A program made the position numbers and the translations under genes. A stretch of DNA of 64,000 nt from Paraspadella gotoi. Lineage: Eukaryota > Animalia > Chaetognatha. Where the stretch lies: assembly GCA_051294375.1 (NCBI GenBank), contig CM119264.1, positions 23,061,955 to 23,125,954 on the forward strand, read 5' to 3'. The notes under the pieces are model-generated. The model did not search any database and was not told the origin of the DNA. It saw only the letters and a program-made list of their open reading frames with translations. Positions 1 to 13,950 of this stretch are shown in pieces (position 1 is the stretch's first letter; the number at the start of each line of letters is the position of its first letter).

Positions 1-3000
1 TGATTCGTCCAAGTCCATGGAAATGATTTTGAGTCTTTGAAGGAAATGAGTAAAACTACGCAAACTTTTTGTGCTGCAACAATAACAACTTTAACAACAA
101 CAACAACAACAAGGACAACGACGACGATAGGAGCAACTGGCCACCGAGAAAAATCCCAAAAGGATGAAAGAGCGACGAAGATAAATTCGAAGGATTTTTC
201 GTTGCGTTGCAAAGATTTTAGTCGTCGTCGTTGTTGTTGTTGTATTGTTTTTTTTCCTTTTTTTTTTCTTTTTTTTTTCCTTTTTGTTCCCTCCTTTTAG
301 AGATAATTTCCTGTTTTCTGCAGTTACAGCGCTTTCGTTATTGTTATCTTGTAGTTTTTTTTTGTTTCTTTTTTTTTTAGTCGTTTTTTTTCATCAAGAA
401 TTTTGTACAATCTTTTGTTTTCATTGAGTTTAACAATTCACATCGACGCTCAGCGCCTCTATCGACCGAAAAGATGGCGACGAAAGCGTCGGAGGCGGGC
501 TGCGGCAGCGGCTCCAGAAATATATCGGCATATCGGGCGTTTCCTTCTTTGTCAATATTCCTGAACATCACTCACCCGAACTCACCTCGACTGACCAAGA
601 CTGACCCCGAGTCCCGACTTAATCCGACTCACTCTCTATTCCCCACGACGCACCCTGTCCCCCCCAAAGTCACATCGACTCAAACACGATTCGAACACTC
701 ATCTCAACTCTTCCCCCTCACGCACTTCACTCCTTCAAACCCCGATTCACTCCGATTCACGTCGCGGAATCTCTTTTCGGAATTCGTCCATCGAATCCGA
801 AGGTCGATTCACCAGAAAGGAATGAGAGTCAGCGTGAGACTGTGATTGTGATTGTGACTGTGATTGTGACTGTTATTGTGACAGTGGCGGAGTAGATTGG
901 TGATCTGAGATAGACTTCGATTTCGTCAACGACGACGACGATGATGATAATGATGATGATGTAAGATTGTAAATGATGACGATTATGATAGTGTGGTAAT
1001 GACGATGATTATGACGAAGAAATTATCAACTGATTAACAGTATTTTATATCATTTAGTCTTAGCTCAGAAGGAGGCACAGATGTCATCAAATCATATATT
1101 TAGTCCCTCAAAAAAAAGAATACAACTCCTTACCTACTTCACCTTACCTTTTCTCTCCCCTCTCTTCCATCTCTCTCTCTCTCCCCCTCCCTCCCTAAGC
1201 TTTCCTATTTCTTCTCTCTCACAAGCTGACATCAGCAATAGAGTCTCACACGAATTATTGCGCGGATTAATTCTAAACGAGCCATTCGTCTCGCGGAATT
1301 TCCCGCGTAACGAATAAACTGGATGAATAAATTTCCCGTGAAATTGTCAACCTTTTTTTTCGGAGAGTTCGAAGGAGAAGAAAAAAAAAACAATGAAAAA
1401 CGTTGATTGATTCTCACTGGGTGTCACAAGCCACTTTACTGAAAAATGATCACCACAGCAATAACATTACAAACTAAGTAGTAACAACAGCAGAGCCAGA
1501 GAACAATGACAACAACAACAACAACCACCAATTCTCGTCGTCGTTTTTTCTTTCCATCATCGCCTCTTATTTTTCAAGGTTATCTTTTTCCATCGTAGAC
1601 GATTTCTATTTTTTTTAATTTTTTTAAATTTATTTTATTCTTAATATTTTTCTTTTTGTTTTTTTTTTAATTTTATTTTCGCTTTTTTCTTTGAAATCTT
1701 TTACGTTCTCATTTTTTCACTTCCATTTTATTTTAATATTTCCTCACCACTTATGATTTTTTTTCCATCTTTTTTGCCATCATATTTTCCCAAGGCCAAG
1801 TTTCTCGTTTTTATTGGATTCCGTCGGTTCGACGCAGGAAACGACCCCACAACCGCAACGCTGCAGATTACATACGGGGTAAAGAGTCAAAGCTCGCCAA
1901 GCCCGGATGTAGCAAAATTACCTGCATATTTTAATCAAAAACAATTTTTTTGATTTTTTTTATTTTTTGATTTTTTTTATTATCGTTTTGACGAAAAATT
2001 AGCAAAGAGTCGCAGGGATTTCTGTTCCCACTGGGAAATCATGTTCCAGTTTTGGGTCATTAATTTCATCCTCAGGGTCAAAGGGCAAAAGGGTCATCAC
2101 GCTCTATTCGCTTAAAGGTAAATACATAAGGCGGCTTCGCTTCGCAGATCACATACACACACACAAAAAGGCATGAAAAGCTAAGCTTTTTTTAAGGCGT
2201 GTGGTTAGAGTGAGAGCTTGCGAAACCTTTGCAGCTTTTAATGGTCATCATCCGAGAATATTTTTGTGGTAAGGAGAGGAGAGAGAGAAGGGAGAGAGAG
2301 GAGAGCGAGAGAGAGAGAAGAGAGAGAGAGAGAGGTAGATTCTTTATCCCAGAGAAAAAAATGGATAAAAAGCTAGAGAATCATCTCGTTGGTTCGGCTC
2401 GATTCCAATCAATAGTATTGAATGCCCATCAATGGCATCCCGAAGCACTGGAAATGGCAACCGGCTGGCGAAATGGCAACCCGCGAATGGCACCCGCGCG
2501 CGGGCGAGCACCGGGGAGCTTGCCCGGAATCGCGGTGGCATCGGTCCTCGCTATCTCAGGAGACAGTAAATGACGGGCCTGGCCGATGGGATGTTGAGAT
2601 GGAGAGGGGAGATTTATAAGAAGAGAGAGAGAGCAGATGAGAGAGGGAGAGCAGAGAGGAAGAGAAAGAGAGGAGAAGAAGAAAGGAGAGAGAGAAGGTT
2701 CAGTTGCTTGTTATGCTCTTGTCAACAAAAGACGTTGGGAACGACGCATCCGTTTGAAGCTTCGATCTCGGATGGAATAAGCGGAATCCAGGGACTGGAA
2801 AACCGAATGGTAATTGTTATTGCAAAAAGAAATCAGGACTATCAATGAATTTAACAGGAGTCATCTCTGTTGTCCCCCAGGACTGGGCTTGCATGCTTCG
2901 ATATCATGTGGATTATTGGGGACGACCTGTAGGGCAATGTTGCGCTGAATTGACTAAATTGGACACGGACGCGAATCATAATAATAAAAAACTACATAAT

Positions 3001-3320
3001 GCTGGCGTCTAAAGTGCGCAGAAATGGTTTTCCCCCTAAACTTTGTTCTCCTTAGTTTCGTTTGCACTCTATCCCGTTGTTATGGTTTGTAACCGGAATA
3101 TCTGTCCATTCTTCGATATTGTCTCTTTATTCGTATTAGCAGACGCAATCTTCGGTGATGCTTATCTTAATACTTCGATAGTAGATTAAGTTTATTTTTA
3201 TGAGAACTGAAATGATTGGTTAATTCTGCCTTTAGAATCCCGACAATCATTTAATACCTCAGACATTTTTGAACTTTATTTTAACATCGGAATCCTGAAG
3301 ATGAGAAAGTATTCAACAAA

Positions 3321-3418
3321 AGGTCTGCCTTCAGATGAGAAGGGGTCTGCCTGAAGATGAGAAGGGGTCTTCCTTAATATGAGAAGGGGTCTGCCTTAAG
3401 ATGAGAAGGGGTCTGCCT
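3321..3418 (+). repeat. 22-bp minisatellite, ~4.5 copies
   Basis: Unit AGATGAGAAGGGGTCTGCCT(T/G)A starts at 3333, 3355, 3377 and 3399. Confidence 0.9.
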
Positions 3419-3545
3419 CTTTCGCTGCTTCGAGGTTTTCTAAAACCCGCGGGTCCAGTTTTTGCCTCAGAAACGAAAGTCAAATCAGATTCTCAGCCAA
3501 GGAATCTCAAGACCCAAGAGACAGAGTCGCGGATATCTTTCCTTT

Positions 3546-3601
<56 letters not shown>

Positions 3602-5279
3602 TTTTCTTAAAGGATCTCGAATCCTCAAGAAAATGGGGTCACGAAATCATTTGAAAGTAATCCTGTTTTGCGAATTTCCCAGACAAAATAAGAAAAAAAA
3701 TAATTTAATTTTTACAAAATTCTTTACCTCTTCAAAATTTTTGTTTTCTTCGGAAAATTGAATTCCTCTCTTTTTCTCTCTTTTTTTTCTATGTATATTA
3801 AACCAAGTGAATGAAAAAAAACTGAAGTGTGAGTCTAATGGAAAGAAATCATTTAATTGACGGTGGTTCCATTAGGGTGGATGATGATTAGGGTGGTGCG
3901 TTTTCGATGAGGGTCTTAATTCTGAGTGAGAGGGTTTCCTATGTATAACCCAATGTACCTACGTTTTATTAGGTCGAAGGAGAAGTTAATTTTATCGCTT
4001 TATTATCGGTTTTATATCAGTAGCAGTTTTTTTTTAGGGTTTCTCTCTTTTTCTACTCACATTTTCTCTCCTAATGTCTTTCGCGATTTTTAGTCTCGCG
4101 CGATGAGGCCTCATTTTTTTTTAATAAAAAATACTGCCCGCTAAAAAAAACTCGGTTATAAAAAAGAGATGAACCAAGAAAACGACTTTATTTCCTTGTC
4201 TATCAACTTTGTTTTTAACATCAGTGTTTTCCCTTTTTTTTTCTTTTCGTTAATGTTTCGTGAAAGGCGACGTCAGTGAGATGACGACGTGACAGAAAAG
4301 TCAATGTCACAGAAAAAAAGGAAGGGACGGTCGAGTGGGAAGGAGATGGGAGGGACACGAGAGAGTGCGAGAGACGGGAGGAAGAGGTAAAAGGTTGGCA
4401 CGAGATGAGGCTGAGGCNNNNNNNNNNNNNNNNNNNNNNNNNTCGAAAAAAAAGGTCTAATCTATCTACGGTGAACTGTTTATTTCTTATGCCTCACTGA
4501 ACTAATCATTCAATTCCGCTTCGCACTAAGAAACTGAATGAAGGCAAGGGGGGTAGTGCGGCAGGGAAGAGAGATCAGAGTAGAGGAGAGGACATGGGAA
4601 AGAAGGTTGACTGGGGAGACATGATGACAGGGATAGACCATAGGAGGAGATCAGGAACCGATACGGATGGTGATACGAAGAATTAGGGACGAGTAGAGGC
4701 GGATGGGAAAAGAGACAGAAAAGACACAGACGTCTGAGTGAAGGAGGATAGAGAGCAGCAGAGGCCGGTATTCGAAAGAGATAGAGAAAGAGGAATAAAT
4801 TGGAGAGTTTGCGAGGATGGCGGCTCTGTCACCGGGTGACTTTACAAGGAAAATAGAATACATTAAAGAAAGAAATCGCACAAGAAAAACAACTACTATA
4901 AACACAGGCATATTGTAAGGAAGGAAATAGACTAACCAAACGGATAAGTAGACGGAACCGCGGTGACTTGACACAAGCCATACAAATACATGAATTGCGA
5001 AAGAATATATGGAGCAAGTAAGGTTACGCAGAGATGGGAGCGGGCTTCTTTCATTTTTTATTACTGTCTTCCTTCTTATTTAGAGGTTCCTTGCTATTTT
5101 TTGACGAGGGGAGATTAAATAGAAGGCACGGACGAGAAGGGCAGCCACCTGACTCTTAAATCTATATCCAATCTATCTCTTACGATCCTGGTCCTACTCC
5201 GTCTGTGTATCTTAGCGTCTGTCTTGTTTTTCTCCTCTGCCACCGTTTATCGGTGCTGTTGTTTGACTTTTTTCCTATC

Positions 5280-6644
5280 CTTCCGAACCAGAAGAATAAA
5301 ATTGAAGCAAATTCGAAACAATATTGCGACTTCGAAGACTAAATTCATCTGCCTTTCCATCAAACGCTCTCTCCATCATCCATTTCTCCTGCTCTCACTC
5401 TCTCTCCCTCTCTCCCTCTTCTCTCTCCTTCGTCTCTCTCTCTCTACTCTCTACTCTTCTCTCCTCTCTCCGTCTCTCTCGCTTACTCTCTCTCTCTCTT
5501 CTTTTACTCTTTATCGTTCTGTCTCTCTTTCTCTCTCTCGCTCTCGTCTCAAGTTGCTCTCTCTCTTCTCTCTCTCTCCTCTCTCGTCATTCCTCCCTCT
5601 CTCTTCTCTCTCCTCTCTCTCTCTCTCTCTCTTCCCTCTCTCTCTCCTCCCTCTCTCTCTCTCTCTCGTCTCTCTCTCTCTTCTCACCTTTCTCTGGTAA
5701 AAAAATGAAAAATAAGAAAGAGAGAGAGAGAGAGATATATTAGCAAAGTAAGAGAACTGTTAAAACATAGCCATCGCTCAGAAAGATAACCTTTTAGCCG
5801 ATTACGACGACAGACGACTACGGACGACAGGCATGCAAAACTCCATCTAATCGGAGCAGAAAACGTAGTATAACGAGCGACGATAACGACGACAAACCCG
5901 TCTCAGTGGAGAACGAGAGACGGAAAGCAACATACCGTGTTGTAGTCGTTGGCTGACGTAAAGTTAGAGAAAGGCGGCCAAAGTGAGACCGAGAAGAATG
6001 AAAAAGATGGGCGGAGAAGGAAAAAGCTAAAGGTGGGAAATAGAAAGCGAAAAAAAAAGACAGAAGAACGGTAAAAAAGCAAGAGAAAGACAAGAAGAAC
6101 TACTAGCAAGAAAAAAATAGGAAACAAAGAAAGTGGAGAAAGAAAAATTAATAAAATATATTTCGAAATAATAAATATATATGGAGAAGAGCAGAAAATG
6201 AAAGGACAGGAAGAGAGAGGGAGGTGAGGGGAGAGAGGGTGTTGGAAAGAGATATAGAAAGAGGGAATAAATGGAGAGTTGGAGGTGGCCGGAGTGGACG
6301 TGTTGAAAGAAAGAAAGAATGAAAGAAAGAAAAAGAAAAAAGTACAGAAAATATTAAGGGAAGAAGAAGATTATTGAAGGCCGAGTTATGGTTGTCGTCG
6401 TCGTCGTTGTTGTTGTCGTTGTTGTTCCTCTGCGCCGCATCTGCGTCCTTCCACCGAATTCGACATAAAATTGAAGCGAAATGAAAAAATTATGCGACTT
6501 CGAAGACGAATCATCTCCTTTCCAGTCAAAACGCTCTCTGAGAGAGAAGAGAGGGGGGGAGAGAAAGAGAGAGAGAGAGAGATAGAAGCAAAGTAGAGAG
6601 AGACTGTAAAACATAGCCATCGCCAGAAAGATAACCTTTTGGCC
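5280..6644 (+). repeat. Local direct duplication next to 25-N gap (5280-5370/5740-5800 vs 6450-6644)
   Basis: ATAAAATTGAAGC..TGCGACTTCGAAGAC..CAAACGCTCTCT and AAAACATAGCCATCGC..AGAAAGATAACCTTTT each occur twice. Confidence 0.8.
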
Positions 6645-8821
6645 NNNNNNNNNNNNNNNNNNNNNNNNNCTCTCTCTCTCTCTCTCTTTTCCTCTCTCTC
6701 TCCTCTCTCATCTCTCTTCTTCTCTCTCTTCCTCTCCTCTCCTTCTCTCTCCTCTCTCTCTCTCTCTCTTCTCTTTGTTCCTCTCATCTCTCTCTATTCC
6801 TCAACCTTCGATTCTCCCGATCATATCATCTCTATTCTACTTCCAGCTTCTCACATCACCTCATCTCTGTACATCTCTCCATACTATTTGCTGCACCTAC
6901 ACTCACTATCTTCTCTTCTCTTTGCTTTCCTCTCCATATCACGATCTCATCCTTCACTTTCCTTTACTGAGGAACTATCACACAGTCATGCTTTCAAAAA
7001 ATTCTACAATTCTATCTAAGCTCTTTCTCTACTCTACTCTTCTAAAATAAATACTTCTCTCACAATATTGCTACAATGTTAATCAATTCACCGTGTTCAT
7101 TTTTTCAAATATAACCAGCGTCACGTTTTGTTTCGACTTCTTGTTTCTTTTGTTCCTTTCTCCTCGTGCTCCACCTTGTTTTGTTTTATTTCAATCTTAC
7201 CGACTCTAGAATTCTCTCTGATAATTCCTTTCTTCTTTCATCTTTTTCTCTCTTTACTTTTCCTTCTTTGCGCACAAAAGACTGCAGCAAGAGAGATTCA
7301 CGCATGACGCAGGAGAGAGAGTATGCGCATCGCGACGCAGTATGAGTCATGGCCCCACGATGTAGATGCAACACCCCGCTTAGCGGAAGCAGAGCGATTG
7401 GATGAGCAGTAAAGAGAGTGAGAGAGAGAGATAGAGAGAAAAAGAAAGAAGAAAACAAGAGAGGAGGGAAGAGATATCCTGTAGAAATGAAAGGAAGAAA
7501 GGCAAGTTAGAGGATCAGGAAGAAGATAAACCGTTTATTGCGCCGGAATGACTGTTACGAGAGCGACGAGGCGAGGAAAAGGACGTACGACACGACGAGG
7601 AAGGGCAAACAATTAATGTCGAGAAAGAGAAGAAGTGAAGAGACAGGACGACGAAGGATTACAAGAGCGAGAGAAAACGTCGTACAGAATACAGAGGAGG
7701 CAAGAGCGGAGAGAGACGAAAAGAAGCATGTCTTATTATTCCCGTTTCTTGATGGGTTCGTTGCGCCTTCGTATTGTCAATAAATGTTGAAGGGGTCCTC
7801 TCATCTAACAAAAAAAAGGGGCAGAGGAGAAACAAAAGATGGGCGGAGAAGGAAAAAGCTAAAGGGGTCGTACATTTCTCATCAAATGCGAAAAACAAGA
7901 GATTTTCTCTCTCAATAAGCGGAAAAGTACCAAAGAATCACATACGTCAAAGGAGATCAAATATCTATAACGAAATTGTCTTTAAACATTGAGCAAAAAA
8001 GTACGCTCAGAAATGTGGACCAGCACGAGCGTGATGTCCATTCGTCTCCACAGCTACTAAAGATCTGATATACTTTCACTCTCACTTTGGAGGTGAGCCC
8101 GATAAATTGAAGAAATTCTATTATATATATGTAAAAATGTAACAGAGTTCGTAATCTACGTAGAAACCAAATGGAGGAGAAACAGAAGATAAAGGAGTAT
8201 GAGAGAGGAAAGATGAAGGTAGTAGGTCACATTTGTGCATGAGTGGTGGAAGTTCCAGGTTGTATTGAACAGGGACAGCTGACTGTGGGAAAGCACTCCC
8301 ACGTCAGGTTCACTACTTGTGTAGATGGTATTAGATGGTCGATTTTCCGAAAGTTTGACCTGAGCCTCCACGCAATCGGAAGCGCGGCCGCCCCGCCACC
8401 TGTGCAGCATCAAGCTAAGTTCCTTGCAAGGGCTGGAAAAAGGAAATTTCCTATTCTCACCTTCTGAAAGGATACGCAAAGAGGAAAAATCTTAGAATTT
8501 GAAAACTTCAAGGAGATAAGTTTAAGACTACTTACCTGTTATAAGCTTAATGTTTAACTCGATACGATGAATTAAAAATTAATACCATTAATTTTAGAAA
8601 ATGATCGATCGGAATTACTGGAGAAAGTTCAAGAGGAGAGGGACAGACTAAATAATAGAAATTCTGAACGTGAAAAAAGATTGAAGTGACCAAGGGTATA
8701 AAATTAATAGGATATTATATTACATCAGATATTGATTAGATTGTTTAACTAATTTTTTTTAAATTAAAATAAGAAATTTGAAGACAGAAAGCTGAAGGTT
8801 CTAAAAAACTATTTACAAAAG

Positions 8822-9458
8822 ACCAACAGATTTTCCTGGCGCATGATCGATTGCTGGCCAGACGGGTTGCCCATATGAATCTTTTAATTTATTCCATGAT
8901 TAGAAACCTTTATTATTAGTATACAACAAACTACTTTACCCTCTGTTGAGCCTTTTGTTGTAATAGAACAAAAGATCAACCTAGTGAATAGTCGGCTGAT
9001 TCCCACACGTTTTAATTCTATTTGTTTACTTGAAACTCTAAAAAAAGATCAAATAATGAGAATAAGCTACTTAATGATCAATTTAACTTATCGTTAAGTT
9101 TAAATAACTTTTATTTTATTGTTTAATTAACTGATTATTAATTGCTTTTAATTTGCATTGTTAGTTTGCATATAGAATTTATTCTTTATGACTATTTAGC
9201 CTTTGGAAATTCCTAATATGAACTTTGATTACAAATTATTTTATTAAGGTTTTAATTTTATTAATAACAAGCGGTTAGAGGTAGTCTCATATAAGTACTA
9301 ATTCTAAAGTCGTATCGAACTTTACTATTAACAATAAATGACGCCCATGTAGCGCAAGGACGTCAGCGCCGACCTTCCGCATGTCAATTCCTGCAAGATG
9401 ATAGATGGCTTATCTGCAGAAAAACCCACGTGATACTTCAATTTCGACGCCATCTACA
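8822..9458 (+). repeat. 5' LTR (first ~20 nt degraded or missing)
   Basis: Aligns by eye to 14680-15257 (shared ATTCCATGATTAGAAACCTTT, AAAAGATCAACCTAGTGAATAG, CGTGATACTTCAATT). Ends ...CATCTACA at 9458. Left boundary approximate. Confidence 0.88.
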
Positions 9459-9461
9459 TTA

Positions 9462-9479
9462 TGGTGATCCACGGACTTC
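9462..9479 (+). promoter_or_regulatory. Primer-binding site, tRNA-Trp-like
   Basis: TGGTGATCCACGGAC lies 3 nt after the LTR end. It resembles TGGTGACCCCGAC, the complement of the tRNA-Trp 3' end used by CsRN1-clade elements. Confidence 0.7.
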
Positions 9480-9849
9480 TTACTAATCCAACCCTTTGAA
9501 CCGGCCCGAGTGACTAAGTCACCCCTGACAGAGCCTCCGGAGACCCCTCGTCAATTCTGAGCTCGAATGTATCGATCTCGCACTGGTTCTGCAAAAACAA
9601 CCTCGCGGTCCCCAAACAGCGGGCCGGGCAGAGGGCCGCACCACTTCCCAGCGAGGACCCTCTCCCAGTTACTCCCGGCATCAAGGGCGGCAGGGTTTTT
9701 CAGCGTTTAATTTATCGCCTTCCCTTTGAGTCATCAATAATTTCGCCGTCACATCTCGCCATTCTCCTCGCGAATGGCGCGGCAGTGCGCCCGGATGGAG
9801 ACGGGGGAGACCTGCGCACGGCCCTTGACCGGCCGCTCTGTTAGGCCGC

Positions 9850-10790
9850 TCGGAAGAAGAAAAAAGAAACCGGAGGCTTCCCGCCTTCGATTTTACAAAA
9901 AACATCGAGATATGGGTCAAACGGGGTGGAAGCGGCCTATGTCACCGCCAATTATTTCAGACGCGAAAGAAAAATTTGCACATCTCGAATCGAAAAATCG
10001 GCAGTCGAGTGAATCCTCAGGCATCAAACGCTTTTTCCTCTATGGAGACACAAATCAGAGGCAAGTTGGTAGGGACATTGTCCATAACAGTTTTATCCTA
10101 CGGATAGGAATACGGCGTGAACCCGTCAGAAGCGAGCGATTCTCTACTGGACGGTGTTACACCTCAGAGACGTGCCTACGCCCGCCCAACAGCTTTTGAC
10201 GTTTGACGGGAGAAAACTAAAGATAGCACCAATGGACGACGTGAGAAAGGAGACGATCGTAGGGGCCTCTCCCCAATGGAGATCGCGTCGATCCGGTTGA
10301 GGATAAGTCGACGATTGGACGCAGCCCCAGCTCGCAGAAGTGCCCGGACAAATTTTTTTCCGACGCAGGGAGGACCGGAGACCACTCTCGACGTCCACGC
10401 TCCACTCACGTCATCGATCTTATATGGCTCGGAGGGGCAGGTCAGTGGACCGCCGGGCAATGGCGCTCCGGATCCGAGGGGCGCCGACGGACGGCCGAGA
10501 TCAAACGCTGTCCAAGGTTTCAGAGGAACAAGGCCGACCCTCAAATCAACATTGGCGAAGGCAATCCCCGCAGTGGAACCTCAAACAGCCCCCAGCGCCT
10601 GCGTCGAGGCGCCACCTGTATAGGCGCCGCCCGCCAACAATTGGTAAATCTGAAGCAATTGGCCGTTTTCATCATTTTGAAAAATTTGGCGATGCTGGCA
10701 TACCGCTGCGAAGGGCTGCTCAAAGAAAAAAAGAATTTCAGGGCGGGTAAACGGCCAGCGGCGCAGCGACGGTACGCTGGTACTGCTAAT
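9850..10790 (+). pseudogene. gag: Gypsy gag (frameshifted as assembled)
   Basis: Read across indels: KKKPELPAFD..NIEIWVKRVEAAYVTANISDAKEKFAHLESK (Gypsy gag N-terminal pattern). Near 10660-10720 a degenerate RFHHFEKFGDAAYRCEGC resembles the CHCC zinc knuckle of the CsRN1 clade. Boundaries approximate. Confidence 0.75.
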
Positions 10791-10829
10791 TCACCGACGC
10801 AATTATATTTCTCCAACGTCCGTCGACGC

Positions 10830-13800
10830 TAGCTGATGGCCGGCCATTGGCCGTTGGTCAACGGCGGGCGCTATTACTTTCTTTGATACCACCGGACGAG
10901 CCGAGCAGAAGGAGCGCCCCTACGGGTCACAACCTACAGCAGCAAAATGGAAGCCCTATGCCTGCTATGGTGTGGCCACATAGGCGAGATTTACTCTCGT
11001 CCTAAGGATTTTTCCATTTGACGTCCTGTAGCGGACCGTTACTCAGAACATCCTGGGAAGCATGACTTTCTGGGCAAGGGTATTTCTTAGCCCCCCAACC
11101 ATGCGCGACGGTCTCTTGCTGGGAATTTGAAGGATTTTTCAAACAATCCCCTGCTCAGTCACCCGTGGCTCGCCCACCTCCCACGTAAACGTAGTCCAGT
11201 CGCCCGAGGACACCTTACTACAAACTTCTAGACGGTTTTCAACTCTCTTCTTGGACACCGAGTTTCGAGTTTTAAAAGAACCAAGCATGGCGTCCGCCAC
11301 CACATCCCAAACGTATGGGCGGCATGTCAGTGCCAGAGCGAGGACGCCTCCACCGCGAGAGTTGGTCGTCGGGCAAGCTGAGCTAGAGAACATGGTACTC
11401 GCTCGCAATAGCCAAGAGAGCGAGGGCTCTTGGCTTCCGCCTATACTCACTGTGCCCAAAGCGCGACCGGGCGGTGGGAAGATCTGCGGAGACTTCCCGC
11501 CGGGCTCAAACGCCAAAACAATGGGATGATCGGCTATCCAGTGAAGCTCCCTTACGGATTTCAAATGGGAGTTATCGGGAGAAGATTTTCTCGAGTGGAC
11601 CTCCTAAAGGGTATCAACCAACTCCCGTAAGGCCGACGAGGAATTGGCGAAAACAGCGGTGATTACACCATTTTTGGACTTTATGTATTCCTCAGAACTC
11701 CGTTCGGCCTGAAAAATGCTGGACAAAGCTTCAGCGAATGATGGAACGAGTTCTGGGGGACATACCCACACTTTCGTCTCTTGGACGATAATCTTGGTGG
11801 CTAGTGAAAGACAAGGAGCAACATCTCCACGACTTGGAACAGGTCTTCAGCGCCCTTGCTGACAAACGGCCTATGTGCGTGAATAGGCAGAAGTGCGTCC
11901 TCAGAGGGGAGGTAATCCGTCGAATTTCTGGGTTTACCAAGGTCGATGCGACCGGCGTTAAAGCCAACTCCATCGAAAGGTGGGGCAATGCAGGGCGCAC
12001 AACCCTCCAAACGACCATCAAAGGGGCTCCAAAGAGGTTTCCTTGGGATGGTTAAATACTATCGTCGTTTCCTCCAAATGCCGCCCATTTGCACACGCCT
12101 CGCCCTCTATGATCCCTTGAAGGTTAGCCAAGCATGCTAATCTGGGACCCCCAAGATGCGCAACGCTTTTGATGCGCGGTCAGGACGCCCTCCGCCAATG
12201 CTGCGTTACTCCGACACCTCAAGAACCAACGCGCTCAGCTCGCAGTCACTAACCCGGCCTCAGCTACCGCAGTTGGCGCTGTGGCTGAGGCAGCGAACGG
12301 GACCAGGGGGTGGGAGCCTCTGGCATTTTTTTCGGCCAAGTTGGACGAGGCCCATACGCCGTTGGCCTCCTTCGATAGGGGAAGTTGTTTGGAGCCTTCC
12401 GCGCGGTTAGGCATTTGTAAACACTCGGATCGACGGGGGAGCGCGCGTTTAGCCCTTGTACACGCATCATCCCTCATCACGCCCTCCACAAGACGTGCGG
12501 GAGCCGCAGACGACGCGGCATAAATTTCCAGTTGTCCGTCATTTCTGAGTTTACGAAAGGAACATTCCGCCAGTTCGCGGCAAAGCCAACGTGGTGGCAG
12601 ATGCACTACCCGAGGCCAAACCCGCCCCAACGTAGCATCACAGACAGACCGACAAACCACAATCCTCCTTAGTCGACCGCCTGGCCGTACTCCTCCAGAA
12701 AAAAACCGAAGACTTACAAGCCAACAATCAACGGCCCATAGGTCAGGAAGGAATAGACCTGGAGGAGATGGCCGCGGATCAGGCCATCGACAAGATTTCC
12801 CAGGCGCATCTCAAAGGTGCGATCAGGACCTTTAGCTTTCCGCAAAGTCCAACAGTCGGCAATCAGAAAACTCTAGTTGGAACGTCTTTCTAACGGCCCG
12901 CAAGGCCTTCGTTCACCAAGCAATGGCGCAAGGAAGGTGTTTCGACCCCGCTGTCCACGGGTTTGGCCATCCTGGCGTCGCGCGACAAGAGAGACATTAA
13001 CGTCGAAATTCGTTTGGGGCGTCAATCTAAAGCTGACGCCAGCCGCTGGCAGGGAATGCATCCCTTGCCAGCAGGCGAAGGTCACTAGACACATCGTTCG
13101 CCAATATCGGGCGATTTAAGGTGCCACAACGACGATTCGGACCACATCACGTCCGACATAACAATAATGCCGGCGTCGATGGCTATGGCTACCTCCTCAC
13201 ATATTGATCGATTCACCGCTGGCCCCGCAGCCCTTTCCCATGAAGGACATGAAGGCAATGACACAGTCGTCGATACCTTGGTCCATGGGTGGATTGCCCA
13301 CTTCGGAGTTCCATCCGACATCACCACGCGACAGGGGAGCGGCAGTTCGATCATCAATCGGACACAACTCACTCAAACCTGGGGTAATACGTCACCACCT
13401 CACAGCGGCATACCATCGCAAGCGAACGGCCTGGTGGAGCCGATTCACCGGAAGGCTATAAAAGAAGCGGCTTATCGCCTTTTGGGGCAACGAGGCAACC
13501 GCATCAGTGGTACTGGAATGCGTCAGCGCTCCTCTGCAATCCGGACCACCCGTCAAGGCCGACCTCGGGGCGCTAGGGCCGATTTTGGTTTTCGGCGAAG
13601 GCCCCTCGCCCGTCCCCGGCGAAATCCCAGGTCTAGCCGTAATCGACGACGACTGAACTTCAAAATCAACGCCGGCGCCGTTCGAGACCAATCTCAGAGT
13701 TGAAAAGTTGAAACGCTTTCTCCCAGCCTGTAGAAACTTGGTCCACTCCACCGTCTCCAAACGTCCACCTCCCTGAGCCCTCTGTTCGAGCCACCACGTT

Positions 13801-13950
13801 TTCATAAACAGCGCTCTGGCGTCAACGCCAACTTAACGGGCGCCGTATACTGGGCCCTTATCGCGTGGTGGCAAGGGAACAATTTAAATGTTCCGGGTGG
13901 AGATACCTGTAGACCGAGGAGTGGAACAATAGCGATCGCTGGCGGATCGA
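10830..13950 (+). pseudogene. pol: Gypsy pol: protease, reverse transcriptase, RNase H, integrase (frameshifted as assembled)
   Basis: Motifs read across indels. PR: LQAANGSP..CYG and V.DVTQNILG.DFL (~10935-11075). RT: VPK..GG.KICGDF..LNAKT..D.YP, FSRVDLLKG, KTAVITPFGLY.F.RTPFGLKNAG..FQRMM, FV.LDD.LVAS (~11430-11805). RH: GWEPLAFFSAKL (~12310). IN: HPG..LTSKFVW..CIPCQQAKVTRH, HGWIAHFGVPSDITT, QANGLVE (~12965-13450). Confidence 0.93.

Noticed and set aside
377-571. SDAFVAIFSVDR resembling a small-GTPase beta strand (DAFxxVYSV)
   Set aside because: No G1 (GxxxxGKS), G3 or G4 motifs are nearby, so the match is too short to support.
5224-7050. Long ORFs rich in SL/ER/RE (also at 27.5k, 33k, 40k, 49k, 51k, 63.5k)
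   Set aside because: They are translations of (CT)n/(GA)n microsatellites, which lack stop codons by composition, and show no domain signal.
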